The notes: generated by a model from the letters alone, not told the origin. A stretch of DNA of 64,000 nt from Takakia lepidozioides (GCA_030704615.1 CM060731.1:26908001-26972000); one strand, 5' to 3'. Numbered from the stretch's first letter, positions 41,101-53,353 are shown. Translations and numbers: made by a program.

Positions 41101-44092
41101 GATACCACTGTACCCCTTCAACTTATTGGCATTGACTCTTCCCAACATCTCTTTGTTAATGGTTTGTAACATGGCGGTGTTGTTATCATACATCTTTTGT
41201 ATGACATAAGGTCCTTTCCATGGTGATTTAAGCTTAGAAGCTTTAATCTTTCCCTTCTTTTGCAACCAGAGAACCAAATCTCCCGTCTTAAAAGTTTTTA
41301 TCTTGCCTTCATCAAACTGTTCTTTTCTCTTCATCTGAATTCTGGTCATGTTATCAGCTGCATCAGCACGTACTTCTTCCACATGGTATAATTCATGTTT
41401 CCTGACCTTAATTGAATCTTGCAATTCCATTCTCTTTCCCCATTCCGTTCTCATGGTAGGTAACAGAAATTCCACTGGAAGTAAAGCTTCCATACCATAA
41501 ACTAATTGGAATGGTGTATACTTAGTGGTGACTTTATATGAAGTCCTGTATGACCACAAAGCTGTCAGCAGCTTTGTATCCCAATCCGTTCTGTTTGCAT
41601 TGACTATATAAAGATATATCTTAGCCAAGATAGTACATAGTATTTTGTTGGTAGCCTCTGCCTGCCCATTACCCTGTGGGTAATATATTGTACTCTTCCT
41701 ATGCACAATCATGAACTCTTTAGTCAATAATTCAATGGTCTCATTAATGAAGTGACTTCCCTAATCACTGATAAATTCCAAGGGACAGCCAAATCGTGTA
41801 AGTATGTTCTCATATATGAACCTTGCTGTGGACTTGGCTGTGGTGTCCCTCAAAGCTTTAGCTTCCACCCACTTCGTAGTATAATCAGTGGCTGTAATTA
41901 TGTACCTGTTCTGTGTATTCTTGGCTGGTGGGTTAATTGGTCCAACAAAGTCTAGTCCCCATTTCTGAAATGGTTCCGTAGGCATTGTAGGATGCAAGGC
42001 CATCTTCCGAGATCTCTGCAAAGGTCCTAGCCTCTGACATTCATCACAACTCTGACAATACTTGTGTACATCTTTGAACAAAGTAGGCCACCAGTAACCT
42101 GCATGTAGTATCTTCCTGCTGGTAGTCGCTTCTCCAAAATGACCTCCTGCCACTCCTTTATGAACTTCCTCCAAAACTTTATTAACTTCATGGTGGTATA
42201 AGCATCGCTTCAGCACTCCATCTGGTCCTAGCTTATACATTCTGCTCCCTACCATAGTGTAAGGTAGAGCCTTGATAGCAATTCTCTTTCTCTGCTCCTT
42301 TCCATAACTTGGTGGGCACTGACCATGAGCAAGGTAGTATCTGATTGGCCACTGCCAATCTAACCAGTCATCTGTACTTCCCTACACCACCACTGCAAAT
42401 AGACTCGCATCTGGTAATTGATCATCTAATCCCGTGGCTGGTTCTCCTGTTGATAACCCTGACAAGTGATCCGCCACAAGATGCAGCCTCCCAGGCTTGT
42501 AAACAACCTCGAACTCAAACTCGTGCAAGATTATCAACCATCTTGCTATTCTTCCGCTTATCAGAGGTTTGTTTACCAGATATATCAGAGCCTGGTGATC
42601 CACATAGAACATAAACTTCTTGCCCAACAGGTAATGCCTGAATTTCTTCACTGCATAGATCATTGCCAATGCTTCTCTTTCCGTTGTGCTATAATTTCTT
42701 TCGGCATTGTTCATCAATCGGCTAGCATAGTACACAGGTGAATCTATCCTTCCTATAACATTTTGGGCTAACACTGCTCCTAGTGCTTCTTCAGAAGCAT
42801 CACAGTGAACATGAAATATTTCCTGCCAAGTGAGGATTAATCAGCACAGGTGTAGTTGTTACTGACAATGTAAGTTCCTCAAAAGCGTGTTGACATTCAG
42901 GTGTCCATGCAAACACTGCTTCTTTCTTCAGAAGTTTGCTCAATGGTGCTGCTATCTGTGCATATCGTCTGACAAATCTTCTGTAATAGCTGGTTGTCCA
43001 AGGAATCTCCTTAGACTCTTAACATTCACTGGTGGTGGAGAGGCTTTAATGGCCTCTATTTTCCTGGGATCCACAAGAAGTCCCCTCTTACACACAATGT
43101 GTCCCAGAAGCACCCCTGAGTTCACACAGAAAGTACATTTCTTTAGATTCAGACCCAAACCTCTCATCCTGCATCTGGCCAGACATAACTCCAATTTATG
43201 CAAGTGCTCATTCTTAGAGCTGTACACACTGAAATCAGCCAAGAACACCTGCATGAAATCCTCCAGATACTCATGAAAAGATTCACTTATCACTCTCTGA
43301 AAGGTTGCTGGTGCATTACAAAGTCCAAAGGGCATGACTTTGTATGCATAAGCACCCCAGTCTGTGATGAGAGCTGTCTTTCCTTGGTCTTCTTCTGCCA
43401 CTTGCACTTGATTATAACCACTGAAGCCATCCATGAATGAGTACATCTCATGGCCTGCCACAGTGTCCAATACTGCTTCTGTGAATGGCAAAGGGAAATG
43501 ATCTTTCTTCGTACAAGCATTCAGCTTCTTGTAGTTCACACAAACTCTTAGTTTACCATTCTTCTTGGGAACTATCACAATGGGTGACAACCAAGTTGTA
43601 TACTCTATTGGGTATATGAACTTAGCCTCAGCCAACTTCTTGATCTCTTCTCCAACCTTCTGTGCATAGTTGGGATTCATTTTGTACCTTGCCTGTTTGA
43701 TTGGTACTGACCCTGGTTCCAATTCAATCTTATGCTGATAGATCTCAGGTGGTATCCCTTTTAGATCCTCGTAGCTCCAAACAAATACATCTCTGTATTT
43801 GATGAACAGACTCTTAGCTTCCTCAAAGAATTCTCGCTTCAAATCAGCTCCTACCTTCACCACCCTTGGTTCCTCTTCAGTTCCCACATTCACTTCTCTC
43901 ACCTGCTCATCAGCTGTGATTGTCCAACCAGTCACCACTTCATCCTGTAAACTCACAGTGGCTGGTTCCTCTAGGATTTCCATTTCTCCTTCTTTTTCTT
44001 CATAGAAATGTGATGGGTAACTGCTGGTTTCCTCTTCAATTGGTGTTGCTGACACTACACCACAGCAGATACTTCTTAAACAACTTAGGCCT
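38101..44092 (-). mobile_element. Family B internal copy B5 (RT-RNase H-IN-extra ORF), cut at both ends by B LTRs
   Basis: ORFs 42952-44055, 42382-42774, 41761-42255, 39766-41727, 38999-39817 and 38023-39183 are collinear with B3/B4. Confidence 0.92.
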
Positions 44093-44268
44093 TGTTAGAG
44101 GACTGTCTGGGACTTAGACACTTATACGGGATCTGTAGGGTACCCTTAATTTTTGCAGAGACTGAGACCAACAAGAGCCTTAGGGGTGACAGCAGCACAC
44201 TTTAGAAGGCGGTTACACATCCCGTCACAGCCAACACAGCCCGTCACAGCTTCGCTCAGCCCAACACA
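44093..44268 (+). mobile_element. Family B LTR 5' part, interrupted by element C copy 2
   Basis: TGTTAGAGGACTG... up to the CACAGCC repeat, then the C terminus. Confidence 0.9.
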
Positions 44269-46718
44269 GGAGGTTTACTATTTCATGAGCAGAAACCATG
44301 AGCCATGAGCCATGAGCCGCATGAGCGGTGAGCCGAAGTCTAAGATACGCGGATTTCATGAGCGGACTCCTCCAAATTTGGAAATGCGGCAGATTAAACA
44401 AGTATTAAAATAATAGTTTTTTATTTGACCTTGCCGTTTTTGGACGTTCCACATCATGTAATGCGGCGAAGATATGTCGTCAGTAACAAGTCCGCTCATG
44501 GTTTTTTAGATCCGCTCATGGAAATAAGTGACCGTGCAACGGGAAATCCAGTATACCACTGCAAAAGGACGTCGCATACTGGCCTGTATAGAGTATTCCG
44601 TGGTTTTACATGCCTTAACATTGGAATGAAGCTGACCCTTTTGCCGTGATTGAACCAATGGAGTCTGCACCAATAGAGTCTGCAGTACTTCACAATTCTG
44701 TCTTCTTCGGGTATTCGGCGGGAAAGGTTTGCAACTGAACTGGGAAATAAGGTGCCGCATTAGGGTTGGCACGTGCGAAATTTCGGAGCGGTTTGGTGTT
44801 GGCGAAGGCCGCCTCTACCAGTACCTACGACGATACTTGGAAATGTGGCGCCGCATTTCCTTGTCGGACGTCGAATGAGGAAAGCAAGTTTTCGGAAAGC
44901 AGAAAAACATGAACCCTCCAACATACAAAAATACATGCACGTGGAAACAAGTGAACGATATAGTAATATCTTAGTTCGAGCAAAACAGGTTACTGGTAGG
45001 CAAGACATATGTCGGACCTTTCTGTGGCCAGAGTCTGAGGTACTGGCAGCAGTACAGTTCTACTATCCGAAAAGGATGGGCGTACCATTGTATTGGGACC
45101 GCAAGCCAAGCTCACTGGTCCCCTGGATCCATATTCAGAAGAGTGTGAACCTCCTGGGGGCTCAACCCTGGTGCATGTATGAAGTGATGAGTTGTGGAAC
45201 TACAACGGAGTCTCTTTAGGTACACGTAGTACAAATGCTTGCAAGGGCAGTATGATGCCCCCTTGTTTGCCATGATCTGGAAGTCGGTGCAATTGCACGT
45301 GGGTAATTCTGAAATGGTGATGGTGTACACCTCATTGCGAACAGCTGAGCCTGCCGTGGCCATCTGATACACACGCCCGAATCCTGGTGGGGCACTTCTG
45401 TCGAGCTCTGGATTGTACAGTTCATCCGAAGTGCATTCCCCATCCTTTGTCTCGTTCACTTTTGAGGGAGGTCGCCGCCTCTTCGGTTTCCCCCAACGGT
45501 GTGTAGGATGCTTAGAGCTGTCGTGTCCCATTGTTTTTGCTCTCACAGGGGTCGGTGGTGGAGGCTGTGGAAGCGGAAATGGTTGTCTGGGGACGTCAGT
45601 GCGCTTGCACCATCCGAAATCCTGCGGCAGAGTAAGGGCGTCGGCCTCAACCTGACTCAGATCGCAGCCTGGTTCCACCGGCCACACCGGGGGGAGCATT
45701 GTTTGTATGCCGTACTTGGGCTTTCCATACACGCAAGTCATAATGTCGTGCCTGCAGAACCAGAACTGGGTGGTTGTCGCCTCCGCAAACTTTGCATGGA
45801 CAAATCTTCCTGTAAAAGTAGGAGCAGGGACAGCCCCATCTGGATTCCTCCTTATCATCTCTAAACAACGTTGCCGTGTATCCACACGAATTGCGGAACA
45901 CCTTCCTCGAAACGACGGCTTTGTGCGAGCAATTCTCCACTGTGATGCAGACACAGTCGTCTCCACAATGGCTTGGCCATACTGCATAACAGCGGGCGGA
46001 ATCTGGGGCAAGGGAGCGGTGGGAATTTCTCGCACGAAATCCCCGGTTGAAGGCGACGCCGATCTGGAATTTCTTGGGCTTCCACTGCTGGAAGACACAT
46101 TGTGCGGCAACATGACGGGACCTCGAGGTGCTGTCCGAATGTTCCTGTCCGATCTCCAGGAATCCTCTTCGCACCCGGGTTCCTCTTCAATCCTCCGCCT
46201 CACAGGGCGAGTCCGGACGTCCCCCTCTAGGTGTTCACCTCTGCGGTGCAGAGGCGTCCCTTTGATCTTCTCTCGCAATGCTGTCGCCCATTTCAGTGGA
46301 TTCTTGGACCGCGAAGCTGTTCGTACCAACAATTCCTCCCTGTCCGGCCCAAAGCCCCATTGTTTGCCGCTCAGGAACTTGTAGTACGTGGCTTGCTGCA
46401 TGATTGCTCTGTCAATGTCCTCCGCTGTGGCCGTCACTACGTCCACCAGATGTGCGGCAGAAGACGCTCGCCAGGAGGAGGGACCGATTCTGCCATATTC
46501 GTTTCGGCATGTCCGTGTCGGAATCCAAGCACCGCTCCTAGAAGGACACAAACAATGGTGAGGGACCAATCGAAATGTCCGTAACAGAAAGACAAATGAA
46601 CGAAAATGACAGCAGCCTACCTCCCGCATGTACTGTCCGAACTGTCGATACGAAAATGCCACCACCCCAACCAGCTGTGCAATGCTCCCAGATTGGTTGT
46701 CTCCACTGCACCTGACGT
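44269..46718. mobile_element. Element C copy 2, left arm
   Basis: GGAGGTTTACTATTTCATGAGCAGAAACCATGAGCC matches the copy-1 end; collinear with 22385-24090. Confidence 0.9.
45112..46718 (-). CDS. SWIM zinc-finger protein of element C (longer version, 5' end cut by a B LTR)
   Basis: ~535 open codons ending ...LPTCNCTDF..CPCKHLYYV..LLNMDPGDQ; also has an upstream C/H cluster (RCSA..RCL..WFCRHDIMTC). Confidence 0.75.
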
Positions 46719-46967
46719 TGTTAGAGGACTGTCGGGGACTTAGACACTTATACGGGATCTGTAGGGTACCCTTAATTTTTGCACAGACTGAGACCAAGAG
46801 GAACCTTAGGGGTGACAGCAGCGCAATGTAGAGGGGGGTACACAGCCCGTCACAGTCGTCACAGTCGACACAGCCAACACAGCCCGTCACAGCCGACACA
46901 GCAACACAGCCCGTCACAGCAGACACAGCCAACACAGCCAACAACAGCCCGTCACAGTCGTCACAGC
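46719..46967 (+). mobile_element. Family B LTR start running into the gap
   Basis: TGTTAGAGGACTG plus CACAGC repeats. Confidence 0.9.
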
Positions 46968-47467
46968 NNNNNNNNNNNNNNNNNNNNNNNNNNNNNNNNN
47001 NNNNNNNNNNNNNNNNNNNNNNNNNNNNNNNNNNNNNNNNNNNNNNNNNNNNNNNNNNNNNNNNNNNNNNNNNNNNNNNNNNNNNNNNNNNNNNNNNNNN
47101 NNNNNNNNNNNNNNNNNNNNNNNNNNNNNNNNNNNNNNNNNNNNNNNNNNNNNNNNNNNNNNNNNNNNNNNNNNNNNNNNNNNNNNNNNNNNNNNNNNNN
47201 NNNNNNNNNNNNNNNNNNNNNNNNNNNNNNNNNNNNNNNNNNNNNNNNNNNNNNNNNNNNNNNNNNNNNNNNNNNNNNNNNNNNNNNNNNNNNNNNNNNN
47301 NNNNNNNNNNNNNNNNNNNNNNNNNNNNNNNNNNNNNNNNNNNNNNNNNNNNNNNNNNNNNNNNNNNNNNNNNNNNNNNNNNNNNNNNNNNNNNNNNNNN
47401 NNNNNNNNNNNNNNNNNNNNNNNNNNNNNNNNNNNNNNNNNNNNNNNNNNNNNNNNNNNNNNNNNNN
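46968..47467. other. Assembly gap (500 N)
   Basis: Run of N. Confidence 1.
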
Positions 47468-48197
47468 TGAAAACCTAACGCCATCGACTTGGTCATTTGC
47501 CGAGGGATGTCTTCGGAGGTTACATTATTGCATTCATCATTTCAGACTCGCCCACATGGAAGCATCCCAAGAACGAAAGCGTTTCTGGAAAGAAGAGAGC
47601 GATAAGGCAGTCTCTGTACTTCACGTCTGCTAAGCAGAGGTTGAGAGCGAGAGAGAGGATGAAGAAAGCTAGGAGGGCTTTGAATTTGTCAGAGGGAGGG
47701 AGCGATCGTGAGGGGGAGGGTTTTGTGGGTGAAGGGATGGAGAGTCTGGCAGGGAAGGAGCCCATTCTGGACAAGCAGCTCGAGGATCTATTGGAGCTGC
47801 CTCTATTGCAACCGATACAGGAAGAGAAAGTCGAAAGGGAGATCAGTGCTCCTGAGGAGGAGGAGGCAATGCAGCAAAGTCCGTAGAGGGGCGTGACGAC
47901 AAGGGGGCGGCCCTCCTCCATGCAGCTATCTTTGCGCCCGTTGAAGGAGAAGGCTCAAGCGGAAAGCAGCATCGGGCAAGGAGAGGAGGACACTTCCAGC
48001 GGAGGACAGAGTTTGATCCAGGTGGGTTCAGCAGCACATTGGCTTTACATGACCTTGTTCCCTTACTCGAAGCGATAAGAAGACCAGTAACAAACATACA
48101 TTTGAGTTGAAGATGACTTTGACGATTGCTTAAAACGGCATCGCAACATGTTCACCATTGCATTCGCAAGGGTTTCGAACAAGTCCAGAGCAAGGTA

Positions 48198-50455
48198 ATT
48201 AAGCTATCGTTGACGACAGCTTAATCCGCCACCTCCGAGAGGCAGAGCTCTTAGTTCTAGCGAGCCCAATGCTGTCGTTGTATGAGTGCAACAGCCGGCA
48301 ATATGTACAGGATTAAGATGGCGTTGACGACACCTTAATCTGGGCCTGCAATGCTTATCTTCATTATGTTTTTTGGCAGAGAAAGTGGAAGAAGGCTTGG
48401 GAGAGTCAACGTCCGATCTCATCTATGGATCCTGCAGTTCAAGAGCAGACCATGCCAGAGCACGGTCATGTCGCTCAGGAGGAGGAGGTGCAAATAATGC
48501 AGTGTCCACGACAGGTCACAGGCACTGAGGAGCAGGAGAAAAACACACAAGTGCCTCCGCAATCCGTGAAGGAGAAGAGCTAAGTGCAAGGCAGAAGACG
48601 TGCAGTGGGGGGCGGGTCTTTCTAGCGGAGGAACGAAGCCACAGAAGGTTAGTTCATACATTCTTATCCATGGTCTTTGCAACAGAAAGGAGTTAGATTG
48701 AGGTGTCAATAACGCTACCTAAAAGGTCAGCTTTGTGGGTAAAGGTTTACTTAAGAAGGTTAAAGTGAAAGAAGATTAAGGTGTCGTTGACGACACCTTA
48801 ATCTGCCACTACGTTCTACCAAAAATAGGGAGAAAACACCCAAGAACTACAACAGATTAAGCTGTCGTTGACAACAGCTTAATCTGCCACTGCATTCAAC
48901 TTCAAAAATGGGGAAATCACCTTGAAAAACAACAAATTAAGATGTCGTTGACGACATCTTAATCTGCCTCCCCATTGAACCAAAATATGGGCAAAACACC
49001 CTAGAACTATAGCAGATTAAGGTGTCATTGACGACATCTTAATCTACCAATGAATTGAACCCAAAACATGGGAAAAACAGTCTAGTACTACAGCAGATTA
49101 AGGTGTCTTCAACGACACCCTAATCTGCCTCTGCAATCAAAACAAACATGGGAGAAACAGTCTACAACTACAGCAGATTACGCTGTCGTCAACGACAGCT
49201 TAATCTGCCACTGCAGTCAACCACAAACATGGGGAAATCACTCTAGGAAAACAACCGATTAAGCTGTCGTTGACGACATCTTAATCTGCCAATGAATTGA
49301 ACTTAAAACATCCAAAAAACACCCTACAACTACAGCAGATTAAGGTGTCGTCAACGACACCTTAATCTGCCTCTGCAACCAAAACAAATATGGGAGAAAC
49401 AGTCTACAACTACAACAGATTAAGGTGTCGTCAACAACAGCTTAATCTGCCACTGCAGTCAACCTCAAACATGGGGAAATCACTCTAGGAAAGTAGCCGA
49501 TTAAGCTGTCGTTGACGACATATTAATCTGCCAATGAATTGAACTTAAAACATAAAAAAAAACACCCTACAACTATAGCAAATTAAGGTGTCGTTGACGA
49601 CCCCTTAATCTGCCTCTGCAATCAAAACAAACATGGGAGAAACAGTCTACAACTACAGCAGATTAAGTTGTCGTCAACGACAGCTTAATCTGCCATTGCA
49701 GTCAACCTCAAACATGGGGAAATCACTCTAGGAAAACAGCGGATTAAGCTGTCGTTGACGACATCTTAATCTGCCAATGAATTGAAGTTAAAACATCCAA
49801 AAAACACCCCACAACTACAGCAGATTAAGGTGTCGTTGACGACATCGTAAGCTGCTTCTGCATTCAGTCCAAAATATGAGAAAAACACCCTACAACTGTA
49901 GCACATTAAGATGTCGTTGACGACCTCATAATCTCCAATGATGTGAACCCATCACATCAGAAAATCACTCTGGAACACTCTAGAACTATAGCAGATTAAG
50001 ATGTCGTCAACGACACCTTAATTTGCCACTGCATTGAACCTCAAACATGGGGAAATCACCCTTGAAAAACAGCCGATTAAGTTGTCGTTGACGACATCTT
50101 AATCTGCCAATGAATTCAACATAAAACATCCAAAAAACACCCTACAACTACAACAGATTAAGGTGGCGTTGACGACATCTTAATGTGCTCCTGCATTCAG
50201 TTCAAAACATGAGAAAATCACCCTACAACTGTAGCAGATTAAGATGTCGTTGACGACATCTTCATCTCCAATGAATTGAACCCAAAACATGAGAAAATCA
50301 CTCTGAAACACTGAAACACTCTGAAACGCTCTAGAACTACAACAGATTAAGATGTCGTCAACGACACCTTAATCTACAACTGCATTGACTCTCAAACATT
50401 GGGAAATCACCCTGGAATAACAACAAATTAAGATGTCGTTGACGACCTCTTAATC
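48198..50455. repeat. Array of ~23 palindromes AGATTAAGGTGTCGT(TG/CA)ACGACACCTTAATCT, ~80-bp period, ~243-bp trimeric higher-order unit
   Basis: Two copies at 48198 and 48312, then a continuous run 48775-50455; higher-order phase at 49096/49338/49581/49822. Confidence 0.95.
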
Positions 50456-50495
50456 GTGCCATGATTTATGTGTCCTAACACATTGCATTTTGCAG

Positions 50496-50983
50496 AAAAA
50501 GAGAAAGAAAGTCGGGGGAAGCCAGCCTGCAGAGGAAACAGTTGTTCTTGAAGACATGGACGTTGTTGTGGACGCCAACTATGAAGCCAAGGTGCACTCT
50601 CTTATGTACACCACCAAGGTGTACTCGAGGAAAGTCATCAACTCCATGGAAGTGAAAGACGACACTCTTTTCATTCCTCTGTGCCGGATGATTTCTATGC
50701 CAGCAGTTCGGCCTGCCCTTCACCACGACATCAAGAAATACAGGGGGATTTTATCCATGGGTACTTGAAGGGTTCGGCTGTGTTTTATGTGTCACTGACT
50801 GATCTCCAGGGATCTGAGAAATTGGTTGACCTCGATGTAATGGACAGTTGGGACCCGCTTTGGAAAGAAGTGAATACGGAGTTTGAGATTGAGCTTTCAC
50901 AGAACTCAGCACACATCCAGTACATGGACAAAATGTTCTTTGTCTGGGATGGCAACCACTGTTTGGTGCCCTGGATGGAGTAC
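50496..50983 (+). pseudogene. ParB/Sulfiredoxin-like domain exon of element D, frameshifted and truncated by an LTR
   Basis: TLFIPLCRMISMPAVRPAL..DI...FIHGYLKGSAVFYVS...MFFVWDGNH(C)L; the Cys codon TGT is one CpG transition from Arg CGT, which gives the ParB DGxHR motif. Confidence 0.7.
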
Positions 50984-52060
50984 TGTCGCGCGGCTTTTAC
51001 TCACCCATCCCTTCGCTATCCGAGGCGGAAACTCCAAGATAGAAGAGTTGGAAATCTCTAAGCACTCAGCCCGCTCAGAACAATCAGTCATGACCTACAG
51101 CTAGTGTATCATGGGGGTGTTTCCTATTTGTTTTCCTTCCCGCATTCATGTTAGCTAGTTACCTTACTGTTGGTAATTAAGTATCAGTTTGCTTCAGCAA
51201 TCTATCGGATTCCATCAACTCATCCATTCATTCCACAGCTTCACTCAGATCTCTCTACACAGTGTGAGTATGAAGTGTGTATCAGATTAATATCTATCAA
51301 GTATCAGGCTGAAGCCCTGGAGTCTCTAATCTGCTCTACATTACAATTCTACTGCTCTACATTATAATTCTACTGCTTTACATTATAATTCTACTGCTTG
51401 CTTCCATTAAGCATCACAGATCATCCTCCTCCTACTCCGTGCTTTCCCTCTTTCTGCTCAGAGATATGCTCTCTGCCTCATTTCCCCCAGTGATGTCCGC
51501 TCCCGAAGTGATCTCAAGAATCGATCCTTTTCCAGTCCTTGCTCCTAGCTTTATCTTCCTACCCGTTGTTCTAACCGTTTCCCTTACTAACCGTCGTCCG
51601 TGAACTAACATGTTCCATTCGCAGGTGTTGTTCCTCACAGTCGTTCCCTGTCCTGCTATCCGTTCCTTATGGTCGTGACAGCTGTGTCAAGCTGTGACTG
51701 GCTGTGTGAAACTGTGACGGGCTGTGACTGGCTGTGCGACTGTGTTGGGCTGTGTCGGGCTATGACTGGCTGTGTGGCTGTGTCGGGCTGTGTCGGCTGT
51801 GCGAAGCTGTGACGGGCTGTGTTGGCTGTGACTGGCTGTGTTGGACTGTGACGGACTGTGACGGGCTGTGTTGACTGTGTCTGGCTGTGTCGGCTGTGTC
51901 GGGCTGTGACGGGCTGTGTTGGCTGTGATGGGCTGTGTAACCCCCCTCTAAAGTGCGCTGCTGTCACCCCTAAGGCTCCTGTTGGTCTCAGTCTGTGCAA
52001 AAATTAAGGGTACCCCTCAGATCCCGTATAAGTGTCTAAGTCCCTGGCAGTCCTCTAACA
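50984..52060 (-). mobile_element. Family B 3' LTR (copy B6)
   Basis: Reverse complement of the 37056-38100 LTR; PPT at 52061-52078. Confidence 0.93.
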
Positions 52061-53323
52061 TTATTCCTTCCCCTCTCAAAAAAGCCGTGTCCTCACGGTT
52101 TACTGTTTGGGATTAGTAAACCTTTGTGAGTAAGCACCTTTCTGACGTTGAGAGTCTCGTGAAGGACTTTGTGTGCAAGCCCGAGGTCTGTCACTGGTTG
52201 ACGGAGATGATTGAACACTACCTCGATATGTAAGGCCCTCTGGAGGCTGATATCGAGGTAATCTTTCAGGCATAGGAGACCCGCGTCGCTTCTTCTCTGC
52301 CATCTGAATTGCATAGTCTTCTCCCATGTCAAAAGAGTCCGCTGAAGAAACAGTTGTATCAGAATCCTCATCGCCTTTCAGGTGTTTTAACTGCCAAACT
52401 TTTTGTGGAATCCTCTGGGGCATACAATGTTGTCATACCATGTCTGGAAGTTTAAACTGCAATACTTGCTGTAAACGCTGAATGGCAAAATTGGTGAAGA
52501 CCCTGAGCTCCTTGTCTGTCCAGGTGAGTGGGGTACCATGACTTGTGAATTGTGCAAGTATTTCCATGCCTGATGTCCCTTAAAGAAAATATCGTCAGGG
52601 CCGAATTTTTGTGTTGACAAATTGTTCCAAGCCGCATGAAACCATGAACGAATTTGAGAATCCTTTTGCATCATAACTTTTGCCTCATATAGGTACATAT
52701 GAGGTGGCACTGAAGGTAAGACCCAATGATCCCCACTGGAATAACTCAGAAAGCGCGATTGCATCTTGTGCTGCTCAATGTGATAACGTACCAGAAAACA
52801 AGCAGCGTAGTATAACCCGCATCCCATGACAATACTCGCTACCTCCTTGGTCTTGGTATAAGTGAATCCATGTACAACTTGGAAGGCAATTAATTCCTTC
52901 AACATTGTACCTGCCTCATGCCAGTATTGTGCAAAGTGATGATCCTCAATTGGTCGATTGTTCGGAAGAACTTTAGTCCTAGTTGCCACTGGCAGCCAAA
53001 TGCGCATGATTTGGTAGTAATATGCCAATGACTGCGGAGGACTAAATTCTTTCCAAGCGGAATCCAACACAATGGGAATTTGGTTGAAGGGCATAATCAT
53101 AGCCCTACTGTACTCCCTTGCAGCTGGAGTTTTAGGTGGGTTAAAAGTAGCATTGCTCCATACCTCAGGCTGTGGTGGCTGTGGTGTGGTTGTAGTAACA
53201 AGAGGGTCAGCTACTGGCACAGTGACTTGTTGTGGTGTTGGTGGCACTGGCTCTTGTATCATTGGCATCTCCTGCACCTCCTGTGAAGAAGACTGAAAAG
53301 CCAAAGTTCTGGCTTGTAAATAA
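52061..53323 (-). mobile_element. Family B extra-ORF C-terminal fragment (B6), cut by a C-family terminus
   Basis: ORFs 52387-53304 and 52100-52423 match 35813-37017. Confidence 0.9.
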
Positions 53324-53353
53324 GGGGGCTGCTATTTCATGAGCGGCATGAGC
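53324..53353 (+). mobile_element. Third C-family terminal inverted repeat; the element extends rightwards
   Basis: GGGGGCTGCTATTTCATGAGC is identical to the reverse complement of the copy-1 right end, followed by GGCATGAGC; internal sequence differs. Confidence 0.8.

Larger units (their letters stand above)
47468..50983 (+). mobile_element. Element D (relative of C): spliced ParB-like gene remnant with intronic palindrome arrays; termini not visible
   Basis: ParB-like exon is homologous to element C; bounded by the gap on the left and a B LTR on the right. Confidence 0.6.

Noticed and set aside
45112-47633. 794-aa and 284-aa ORFs spanning the N run
   Set aside because: Artefacts of translating through the gap and an LTR; only 45112-46718 is credible
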